64,000 nucleotides of DNA from Antedon mediterranea (taxonomy: Eukaryota; Animalia; Echinodermata). The DNA is taken from the NCBI RefSeq assembly GCF_964355755.1, contig NC_092676.1, forward strand, positions 23,640,871 to 23,704,870, given 5' to 3'. The position numbers and the translations under genes were made by a program. Under the pieces are notes generated by a model. That model was not told the origin of the DNA, did not search any database, and saw only the letters and a program-made list of their open reading frames with translations. Of the stretch, positions 36,000-47,872 are shown one piece after another (position 1 is the stretch's first letter; each line of letters starts with the position of its first letter).

Positions 36000-38652
36000 T
36001 TTCGACGAAACTGGTTACTATATCAAATTGTCATGCGCAGATGCACATAATGTGCATGCGCAACAATCCCTGTACAGGGAACTTTTCGAAAAATTATCAA
36101 ATTTCGACCTTTTTTATTATTTGATATAACTGGTTATTATTAGATATATGTTCATATATGGCAATATTATTGCATAATAATTGAATTTTAAAAAGTCGAT
36201 ATTTTGGCCATTTAAAAAAAAATCCTTGACCTATAGTACAGGGAAATTTCCGAAAAATGACCGATTTTCGAAGCTTTTATTTTTTGACATAAATGGTTAC
36301 TATTGCATAATAAACATGCGCAGAGTCGAATAATGGGTTCTGCACATGTCAATTGTGCTATCACAACCATATTTGACATAAATGGTTACTATAGCACAAT
36401 TGACATGCGCAGAACCCATTATTCGACTCTGCGCATGTTTATTATGCTATAGTAACCGTTTATGTCAAAAGTGGTTACTGGTTACTATAGCATAATAAAC
36501 ATACGAAGAGGCGAGTATTGGGTTCTGCGTATGTCAATTGTGCTATAGTAACCAGTTTTGACATGAATGGTTACTATAGCATAATAAACATGCGCAGAGG
36601 CGACTAATGGGTTCTGCGCATGTTAATTGTGCTATAGTAACCAATTTTATGGAAAAATAAAAAGGTCGAAAATTTTCCATTTTTTTGAAAAAATTCCTGT
36701 ACTATAGTACAGGGAAATTTCCGAAAAATGGCCGATTTTCGACCCTTTTATTTTTTGACATAAATGGTTACTATTGCATAATAAACATGCGCAGAGTCGA
36801 ATAATGGGTTCTGCGCATGTCAATTGTGCCATAGTAACCAGTTTTGACATAAATGGTTACTATTGCATAATAAACATGCGCAGAGGCGACTAATGGCTTC
36901 TGCGCATGTTAATTGTGCTATAGTAACCAGTTTTATTGAAAAATAAAAAGGTCGAAAATTTGCCATTTTTTTGAAAAAAATTCCTGTACTATAGAACAGG
37001 GAAATTTCCGAAAAATAGCCGATTTTCGACCCTTTTATTTTTTGACATAAATGGTTACTATTGCATAATAAACATGCGCAGAGTCGAATAATGGGTTCTG
37101 CGCATGTCAATTGTGCCATAGTAACCAGTTTTGACATAAATGGTTACTATTGCATAATAAACATGCGCAGAGGCGACTAATGGCTTCTGCGCATGTTAAT
37201 TGTGCTATAGTAACCAGTTTTATTGAAAAATAAAAAGGTCGAAAATTTGCCATTTTTTGTGAAAAAAATTCCTGTACTATAGAACAGGGAAATTTCCGAA
37301 AAATAGCCGATTTTCGACCCTTTTATTTTTTGACATAAATGGTTACTATTGCATAATAAACATGCGCAGAGTCGAATAATGGGTTCTGCGCATGTCAATT
37401 GTGCTATAGTAACCAGTTTTGACATAAATAGTTACTATAGCATAATAAACATGCGCAGAGGTGACTAATGGGTTCTGCGCATGTTAATTGTGCTACAGTA
37501 ACCAGTTTTATCGAAAAATAAAAAGGTCGAAAATTTACCATTTTTTGGAAAAAATCCCTGTACTATAGTACAGGGAAATTTCCGAAAAATGCCCGATTTT
37601 CAACTCTTTTATTTTTTGACATAAATGGTTACTATTGCATAATAAACATGCGCAGAGTCGAATAATGGGTTCTGCGCATGTCAATTGTGCTATAGTAACC
37701 AGTTTTGACATAAATAGTTACTATAGCATAATAAACATGCGCAGAGGTGACTAATGGGTTCTGCGCATGTTAATTGTGCTACAGTAACCAGTTTTATCGA
37801 AAAATAAAAAGGTCGAAAATTTACCATTTTTTGGAAAAAATCCTGTACTATAGTACAGGGAAATTTCCGAAAAATGGCCGATTTTCAACTCTTTTATTTT
37901 TTGACATAAATGGTTACTATTGCATAATAAACATGCGCAGAGTCGAATAATGGGTTCTGCGCATGTCAATTGTGCTATAGTAACCAGTTTTGACATAAAT
38001 GGTTACTATAGCATAATAAACATGCGCAGAGGCGACTAATGGGTTCTGCGCATGTTAATTGTGCTATAGTAACCAATTTTATGGAAAAATAAAAGGTCGA
38101 AAATTTTCCATTTTTTTGAAAAAATTCCTGTACTATAGTACAGGGAAATTTCCGAAAAATGGCCGATTTTCGACCCTTTTATTTTTTGACAAATGGTTAC
38201 TATTGCATAATAAACATGCGCAGAGTCGAATAATTAGTTCTGCGCATGTCAATTGTTCCATAGTAACCAATTTTGACGTAAATGGTTACTATTGCATAAT
38301 AAACATGCGCAGAGTCAAATAATGCGTTCTGCGCATGTTAATTGTGCTATAGTAATCAGTTTTATCGAAAAATAAAAAGGTCGAAAATTTGCCATTTTTT
38401 TTTAAAAATCCTGTACTATAGTACAGGAAAATTTCCAAAAAATGGCCGATTTTCGACCCTTTTATTTTTTGACATAAATGGTTACTATTGCATAATAAAC
38501 ATGCGCAGAGTCGAATAATGGGTTCTGCGCATGTCAATTGTGCCATAGTAACCAGTTTTGACATAAATGAGTACTATTGCATAATAAACATGCGCAGAGT
38601 CGAATAATGGGTTCTGCGCATGTCAATTGTGCTATAGTAACCAGTTTTATCG
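36000..38652. repeat. Higher-order satellite: ~287 bp unit = two 89 bp palindromic A subunits plus one ~109 bp palindromic B subunit; about 8 units
   Basis: A = ttgacataaatggttactattgcataataaacatgcgcagagtcgaataatgggttctgcgcatgtcaattgtgctatagtaaccagtt. B is centred on cctgtactatagtacagg. The repeated spurious ORFs recur at 287-288 bp spacing. A flank-related copy lies at ~39281-39457. Confidence 0.95.
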
Positions 38653-40153
38653 AAAAAAAAAAAAACTTTAGTTTTAAGTATTAATTTAAGAGGGAGAATA
38701 TTCAATAATAATAGATGTACTATGATGGCCATTGAAAGACTGATTTGTGGACTTTGATATATTTTAGTATTACTTGTTTGGACTGTGTTATACTATGTGT
38801 TTACATATTTACTATTATATTTATGCCAACTTCATCACTGTCATCATCATCACAAATAAAATAAATAAAACATAGTCTCTCCGGGGTATTTAATTCTAAA
38901 TATTCCAGAAATAAAATTAATACTCTAATAATAACTGAACAAGTTTAAGTGAGTATTGAATAAAATAATTATTGACAATTATTCGTAGGGCAGTACCAAA
39001 TTATTTTATGTTTAAAACAACAACATTACACAGCTTGCTGTGCAATTAACACCATTGTTGTGCGCTTGAATGGGTTTCCTATGACATAATAGGTGTTAAT
39101 ATGTCAAGTGAGTGAGTCTTTAGCTTTCATGGCATTTGTAGTTGAGTGGTATTTTGATTTTTAAATTTCATATTTATAGTTAAGGTGTAGTAAGGTGTAT
39201 CATTCCCTAAATAGCCCAAAAAGCTAAAAAAGTGATTTTTGAAAAATGTGTCGTTCTTTCAGACAGGGCAGTATAGTAGGCCTACAGGGACAATTTCGAA
39301 AAATGAACAAATTTCGACCTTTTTATTTTTTGATATAACTGGTTACTATGACTCTATAAGATGTTTATAACGCAATATATGTTCATATATGGCAATATTA
39401 TTGCATAATAATTGAATTTAAAAAAGTCGATATTTTGGTCATTTAACAAAAAATCTCTGAACTTCTGAATGATAAAACGGCTGCCATTAGGCCTATAAAC
39501 CATTCCAATCAGAATCAGAGAATTCGACGAGTCCTAAACTTCCATAACAACCAATCATCAGTATTCATGTTGTCAAATTAAGTGACGATTAACATCAGTA
39601 AGACAGCCGTCATGTGGTATGTAGGTCTAAATATTCAGTGGGCCAGGACATTTACGTAGTAGTACAGTACAGCGTAATTGCCTTCCATGCATTTATTGAA
39701 AACTACATGCCTCATGAGAGAAAAACGAAGGCATATTCGCAACTATTGGTATGCAGTTCTCAGAAATGTTTACTAGCTCAAATTAATCCCTTCTATATTT
39801 AAACTCGACCACATGTCGGAACAATGATATACTTGTCAGGTAATTGAAACAAAGATCATGTTTTGAACATACCTGTTTCATAGATTTAAAGCTATATTCG
39901 TAACTCAACAACGTTCATACAATATTTGTGGTAATAATACCAAAGCTAAAATGCCCCAAAACCACTAAAAATTGTGGGGGGGGGGGGCATGATCTGAGCA
40001 GGAAGTATAGTATTGGTGATCGTAGGATTGGAAATTCACATATCATAATTATACATTATCTTATAATCAAATTTTAGTTGGAAATAAAACACAATGAAAA
40101 TGGGCATTTGATTGTGCAGCCTTTAGTTTTGTCAGCTACAGACGGATTATATT

Positions 40154-40735
40154 GGGACCAAGTTGGTTTAGGACCGAATTACTTTAGGGCCGATTTAGAC
40201 TGAATGGGACCGAATTAGTTAGGTCCGCGTTGACTAAGGCTAAGTTAGTTTAGGTGAAAGTTGATTGGGACTGAATTAGTTAGGACCGCGCTGACTAAGG
40301 TCGGGTTAGTTTAGATGAGAGTTGACTGGGACTGAATTAGTTAGGACGGCGTTGACTAAGGCCGAGTTAGTTTAGATGAGAGTTGACCGGGACTGAATTG
40401 GTTAAGACAGCGTTGACTATTAAAGGCCGAGTTAGTTTAGGTGAGAGAGTTGACTGGAACTGAATTAGTTAGGACCGCGTTGATTAAGGCCGAGTTAGTT
40501 TAGGTGAGAGTTGACCGGAACTGAATTAGTTAGGACCGCGTTGACTAAGGCCGAGTTAGTTTAGGTGAGAGAGTTTAGGTGAGAGAGTTGACTGGAACTG
40601 AATTAGGTAGGACCGCGTCAACTTAGGTCGAGTTAGTTTAGGTGAGAGTTGACTGGGACTGAATTAAGTAGGACTGAGTTGACTAAGGCCGAGTTAGTTT
40701 AGGTGAGAGTTGACTGAAACTGAATTAGCTGGACT
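40154..40735. repeat. ~61 bp minisatellite (about 9 copies) built from four 15-16 bp subunits
   Basis: gactgggactgaatt / agttaggaccgcgtt / gactaaggccgagtt / agtttaggtgagagtt. Confidence 0.92.
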
Positions 40736-41040
40736 GGTTGGAATCTTATAATATTGTACTTTCATCATTACAATAACACAAGCCAATATCATCAACGTGT
40801 AACTGTTATTTCAGATTGAACACAAACAATATTTAGTTAGAGGTAGAAACTAAGATCTTAAGAGGAATGAAAGTGTCGCCGAACTGACAAGTCCTTAGGC
40901 CCTACAAAACGAGAAACGTCTCCTATCTTAATTACACCAACTTTATATTACGAAGCAAACATAACAGCCATCGGCTCTGATTACTTACATATTACGTCTC
41001 ACATTGATTCATTCCAATTCATTAAACATCTTATTTACGG

Positions 41041-41042
<2 letters not shown>

Positions 41043-41075
<33 letters not shown>
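41043..41075. repeat. (TAA)n microsatellite, possibly the tail of a - strand retroelement
   Basis: About 11 TAA units followed by gatttttatagcgcac. Confidence 0.85.
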
Positions 41076-42657
41076 GATTTTTATAGCGCACATCACGGTG
41101 TATGATCTGATCATACTAGTTATGGACTAAGTGGGGTGATTGGAAGTGGGGGATTCCCCCTCATAATTACCCTCATTTCAACCAGCTAATAAAGCATGCT
41201 TTAATAAAATGGGTGTTGGTTATTTATAATTGTACGATCACATGATGACCGCCGTAGTTCATTTAATGCTACTGTAATAATGTATTATGTTTAGCTTCCT
41301 ACAGTACACGATTGGGAGCCAACAAAGTGTTGCATTAATAGGACATCCTTTTATAAATAGGGGTTGGTCGTAGTGTTACAACATACTGCATCTCATTTAT
41401 CCACTAATAGGGTTGGCCAAACGAGGTGTTCTGGTGCTGTATTTTAAAGTTTCGACAACATTTCATTACCCAGCTTCAAAATAGCCCCTGTATCAGGGGG
41501 ATTACCACCTATCTGATAGGACAGTGATTAATTCACTATTGGTAATCCTTGGCCACATTGCCTAAAGAAATAAATAAAAATAAAAATAAATAAATTAAAT
41601 AAAATAGTACACATGAACGTAATATTTTAATCAATGAAAGAAAGTACATTATTTTGTCTGTAGTTTGTATTTCACTAATACACATACGATACAATGTTGT
41701 ATTCTACGTTGTTCTATGAGATAATAATAAGAAATCCTATTATTATAGTACTGACATAGCATTAACCTGGCAATTTTATTCATTTTTTTAATGTCAATTG
41801 TCTTAACAGCTTGGGTAATAACATCACCTCTGTGTGATACGATACGTATACTAATAAAACAAAAACAACTAATGTTAAGATTTTATTTTTGTTTACTATC
41901 ATTGTGATTTCTATAATATTTATCCGAAAATATTCGGGATATAACAAGGTATAGGTAAAAGTATACATCTAGTTAGCATAACAAAGATCAAATAATGAAA
42001 TAAAATATCATTAAAGTACTCATAATTCATCACAACACGATATAATTATTTAATTCAAATATACAACATCATAAATTATCATCTACACTATCACACATAC
42101 AACAAATGTGCCCAGATATGGTAGTGATATGACGTCATCGTGTCCATATATGTTTGGTAGTGTAGACATAGCTTTACATCATTATAATTGCTATCATCCT
42201 CATCATCACCATTGCTAAAATCATCATCATATTCATACTCAGCACCAATACTATTAGTGACGCAACACTCACATTTAGATTCTCGAAAACCCATCACCAA
42301 AATAGCCATGCTAATTTGCATAATTGTAAAAGCAGACAATGTTTACGTACCTCAATAAATGTCATTTTAACACATATTGCAACAATCATGGGTTTAGCTC
42401 TTAAATATAAGTATATTAGAACCCCTATTTGGGGGACACATTGGGGGACACATTCGAGGCCCAGCCAAGTGTCCGGGCCATTCATAATGCTGATCCCCGA
42501 ATAGGGTCGGCCGTAGTTTTAAAACATATATTTCGCGTTCGCATAGTTCTTTCACGGAAAAGTCGTGTCCTCTTAATAGAAGTGTTCCCTTAATAAAGGT
42601 ATCGCTAGATAGATTTTACTATGAACATCATCAAATAAATCATAATATCATGTAACG

Positions 42658-45600
42658 TCAAACTGTCATTACAATGACATCTTCATCGTCTTCATCGTCT
42701 TGTAGTTGTTGCATATGAGGTATATTGTTCGTATCATCTTTGACTTCTATAACAGTTAACAAAGACGAAGAGAAAGAAGAATCACTAGAGGGTGAAACAC
42801 CTCCACACTCATCGCGATACGTCGGGGGTGAGTAGTTTGGAACACCCGACAAACCTTCTATACTGGAATCATCTAGATCTTTGGAAGCTCTTTGTACTAG
42901 AGTTGTTGAACCAGCAGCACTACCATTCTCCAGATCTGAAGACTCTCCAGGGTCGTCTGTGCTGGATTGAGAATCATCCTCTAATTGGACCTCGGATAAT
43001 GTTGGTTGTTCAAAGAAAGAAAACGATCTTATCAATAGTTTTGGTTTGTGAACACGTGATAAGTTGTTTTGTGCTTGGTATAAACTCCCGGATGAAAAGT
43101 ATGATGAAGTTCCATGGAAAGAGCGCGAAGAACTGACTCTGGTCGTCTGCTGAGCTGACGAGGGACGATAAGAATAATACGAAGTGGATGCCGTAACTCG
43201 GCATACACGTTTGTCTAGGTCTTGGATAAGAATGTTGAGAGAGTCGTAGGATGGAGGGGGAGCTTCTCCCTCGTGTGCCGTCGAGAAGCTGAACGACGAT
43301 ACCGTACGTGATGACAACGCCTCGTTGTAAGATGGCGGATGATCACTTTCTTCTAAATCATCACTTATGTTATCACTTGAACCTTTGAAAGAAGAAGAAA
43401 ATGTATGTTAAAAACATGAAACGGTAAAGGTAATGGTTCTCTATTCTTTGGTTGGTTACACCCGTACTTTGACGGCCGGATCGATTACCTATCATACTCT
43501 TTTACATTACAATAATATAATATAAAATAAAACATTAATACAATAAAATTATAATAAAACAATATGAAAAAGTACAATTATTGTATAATTTTATGAATGT
43601 GGTAAATACCTCGGCAAGATATTTACGTTCTTGATAGAATTATGCAAGCTTTGGTTTGGAAATTGTTACTGTTAATAAAATTTCCCATTTATTCACATCT
43701 ATTACGTATAATTCCCATGTAAGCAAAACGTTATTACATTCAAGAATTAATAGGAAGCCCGGAAATATAAATTCTTTTTTCTCTCGAAGAAATTGGAAAC
43801 GTTTTCATCCAGGCTTTTAATAATATAACTGCTACTTATTGGAGCAATCATGAGAAATCTCTTTGGAATAATTTAAGTCGTTTAGGACTAAACAGAAAAC
43901 GAATGGGTGCTTTAGAAACATCCGATCCAGATCAATATCTTTAAACAGTTTCTGCTCCCACTTTGAAACCAAGTCGAAAATCTTGATGTGCCCATATATG
44001 GACATGATGATGTTATATCACAACCGTATTTAAGCATATCACTACCATGTTTGGGCACGTCACACTTTTTCTTGTCAAACTAGTTTGATAGTGCATAGAT
44101 AAGGCTTTAGATTTGGACAGGCGGATTTCTAGAATCAATATCCAAGTACAGCTAATAAATGCAAAATGGCGTCATATTATTATTGATTGATATTGATGGA
44201 AAATAAACATACTGTACATAGAATTGTTTTTGTATCGAAACATTATTGGCATAAATGAATAATGATCAATATCAATAATAGCAATTACAATAACAACGAT
44301 ACTGTAGTAATATTTAATAATCAAACATTGTACTGTGCGCACACGACGCAAAAAAACAATTCAAGACGCACAATGTTGAGAAGGCATGACAATGATACCA
44401 ACAATAACACTATAAAAAGAAAGCTCTGAATAATGTATATGAGCACAGAAACTGCTACGACAGTTACATTCTAAGCCCGTACAATCTTAATTGAATTCAA
44501 TTATACGTTTATTAATTCTTTTATTTGCTCTTCAATCAATAACGAGCTGAGACGAGCAGTAAGTGGTTCGTTGCCTTGCAGTGTGCCTAAATAAACAACG
44601 TTAATAGAATAAATGAATGCAGCACAGACGGCAGAACATCAGCTTGTATTCTATGACGTGTCCATTCATTTTACGAAAACTTCGTATCATAATAAGTTAC
44701 CTGCGCTGTTGTAGCGTCGCGCGCGAGGGTAGGTTGATTCTTTCTTAATCTTAAATGTACGAGATGAAGAGACACTTTCTTAAAGAAGAGCAAAACAATT
44801 CACTCTCTTAGAGTGAGTGATCACTCTTTTTAGGTGTGTGCTTTAAGGACCACTCTAAAAAGAGTGAAATTTACTCTAGTTACCGATTTCCATTACATAG
44901 AGTGAACTACTCTTTCATCGTTTCAGACAATTTTAATCACTCTTGAAGAGTGAAAACTATTTTCACTCGTTTATTATGAGAGTAATACAATCGGTGTGTT
45001 TATGGTCCACAACTTCATTATGAATGAAATTCAACGCAATAAAGAAGAATCATGTCGATACTTGAAATATTTAAGATTGATAGATAGACCTATACACAAA
45101 TTTATACAAAATTAATAGAGGACCATCTCAGAAACAGAAACACAAAAATACAGTCAATATTGTAAACAAAAGTAATTATATATTATTGTGGGGTATCATA
45201 AATATATTTTATGGGTTTTGGGAAGAGCAGTGTGAAAAGGGGTGTCCTAGAAAACTGAGATCTGAATTTTCTAGACACCTCGAGAAAAGGTATTATTATT
45301 TATTTAACCACACAAACAACACTACAGTAATTCATGAAATATGTAAAATTACCAAAATAAAACACAATACAATCTATCAAGATAAAGAGGATACGGTATT
45401 GTTGATGGGATGCGTCGTTAATAACGGTACAAATAGCACACTGCTTACCGTTGCTTGTGTTGTCTGAACGTCCTCCTCCTAAACACGTTTCACTATATAG
45501 ATAACACGGCAACCAAACTAACATAAACACTATAGTAGCACCAGTTAAAATCCCTACGAACGTAGAGTTCGGCATATCGGATTCGTTTGTCGGTTGTACA

Positions 45601-47872
45601 ACCGAGTTCGGTGATTTCCACGGGGGACCTCTTTGTGAGAAAACTGTTCGATTTCTCAACGGGCGACGATACACCTGAATAAAAGGCGTTGTAGGTGAAA
45701 ATGTAACACCCTTGCTTATTGCAGTGTAGTGGTCGTTTACCTCAGGTGACGGTCGAGGATGTGGATTGGTGTTAATTTTCGCACCAGATGCGAGTGTATG
45801 CTTACTTTTCTTGTATGAATCCTTTACACCGTTATCTGTAATATAAGAATTGGAACATATTTATCATGTTAAAGGATAAAGTTGTTAGAACACCCAGTAA
45901 CATAACATTACAGACATTATCACGATTAATATTAATGATGGAGATACGAATTTCCATGAAACATTTCCCCAAAACCTCGCTTTTTAAAACTTGCATGTTT
46001 TTAGTTCACTGTTGGCGTGAGGAATTAAAAAAAAGCGAATTAAAAAAAAAAAGAAAAAAAATAGAAAAAAAAAGTGTTGGGGGGGGGGGTGTAGGGGATT
46101 GAAGAAACTTGCCCATAGTTATAATACCTACGAATTAGAAAACACAACCGATAGAAACTTGTGCATTTTTCAGCAGACATCATTAATACATCAATATGAT
46201 TACTTTGTGAGATAATTGCCTAATGGTCTATTACTGCAAAAGGTTAATCTTCAATTAAGGTTCAAATGTGACAACAATGACATTTATGATCTAAGCCATT
46301 AGTGATATTTAACTGTACATAGCACATACAAAACAAACGTAATAGCTCTACCTAATGCATGCAATCACGAAAAGATTGCCTAATTGTACTAAATTGCTTT
46401 AGATATTATAAAAAAATATTGAACAGAAACAATACCCACGAAGGGGACAAAGTAAACTTACGCCATGGTCTGTATTTATTGTGTTTTTTTATGTCGGCGT
46501 TTTGATTTTTTTTGGAAAATACCACATTGTTCAACACATTTTTCGACGATCGTTGGAGCTAGCACGTTGTACCGCGCGGGTCCGATTTTTAGCAGGAAGT
46601 AGCTGCTAAACGGTTACGTAATCGACTCCTCGCGGAATATTGTTGACACACATATTTTACGCGTACAAGGGTTGATGTATTCTCAATGGCACTATTTGCA
46701 ACGGCAAACGCAATATGTGCCAAAATATCTTGTTACTCATTACGATCTACAACCTAGACTAGGGGTTGGGGGACAAGGTTGTGGTCGGTGGAACCATGTC
46801 AAAATCAAGTATTTAGTTATTGCTATTCTATACAATATAACTATTTTTGGACATTGCCCCGAAGAATTTTCAAGACACTTTTCGAACCACTAATCGGTAA
46901 CCTACTTATTTCTTTTTTATTTATTTCAAAACATATTTATACAGGATAAAAAAACATATCAGATATCAGGAATAGATATTGCACCTGTTTTACGTATAGT
47001 CCTGCTTTTTAAAGCAATATATTAAAAAACATTAAAAAAAAAGACATTAAAAAAAACAAAAAAACTGTAAAATTACAATATACGATACCAAAATAAAAAT
47101 GTCCTATCAGGGCGATTTAAATCACCCAGATATAAAGGCTAAAATAAACGTGGGTGAAAGACAATTGCGCACGTAAAATAATGGACAGAGACGATTAATG
47201 TGTACTAACGTACCTTGAATCCATTTCTTGCTGAACATATATGGATTTGATTGATGGTTAGTACCGGCTAATACCAACTCTATAAAACATCCTTTAAATA
47301 CAAAGAAAACAATAGGATGATCATTTAAATCAATCAGATCTATTCAATCATTTTTATTAATCAATTGGCAATATAATCATCATTGTTATATTGATTCATT
47401 TCAATTGTAAACATAGGATGCAGAAATAGACCAACCAACTTTTAAATGTATTGGTCTATCTTAAAGATGTATTGTTCCCAAAAACATGAAAAATGAAGAT
47501 TAATAAAATCAGTTATTAATAGGCCAGTTTGCAGTTTAAAGTTACCGTATTCACTTCTGTAGAAAAAAAAACCCTAAATAAATCAAAAGACAAAATAAAC
47601 TTAATTTTTACCAAAACTCATCATCTGACAGGCAATTTAAGTATTTTTTTGCTTTTTTAAAGGTAAATGACTTTGTTTTCGATCCAGTTTTGGTCAAGGT
47701 GAATAACTATTATGTGACATTAAAATGACATATTCAACAAAACAAATTCCTAAAATTATTTTTCAAGGGGACAATATATCTTTGAATAATACTTATAAAG
47801 AAAATAATAATCAAGTAATCGGTCACATTCATACTTACCAAGAAATATAAACGTCCAATTGCCTATATCCAT
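42658..47872 (-). CDS. Uncharacterised type I single-pass membrane protein with three cytoplasmic PPxY motifs, ~403 aa
   Basis: Exons 47872-47839, 47279-47214, 45835-45449, 43382-42658 (1212 nt, all phase 1). Strong Kozak accaccATGg. Signal-like MDIGNWTFIFLELVLAG; TM FVGILTGATIVFMLVWLPCYLY; tail has HPPSY, PPPSY, SPPTY. Putative 5' UTR exons near 48187-48218 and 48370. Confidence 0.72.
44795..44985. repeat. Degenerate foldback/MITE-like segment rich in cactct / agagtg
   Basis: Multiple short inverted pairs such as tcactctcttagagtga, cactctaaaaagagtg and tcactcttgaagagtga. Confidence 0.55.
47465..47781. mobile_element. MITE family B copy
   Basis: ttaa|agatgtattgttccc...ggggacaatatatct|ttga. 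Confidence 0.85.

Noticed and set aside
36647-38564. Family of repeated Cys-containing ORFs (MSKLVTMAQLTCAEPIIRLCAC...)
   Set aside because: These are translations of the satellite. Indels in A/T runs shift frames freely, and there is no splice or domain support.
46460-46700. CpG-rich patch with a - strand donor (ATGGC|gtaagt) as an alternative first coding exon
   Set aside because: The phase is incompatible with the next exon. It may be a non-coding alternative start, but nothing here supports that.
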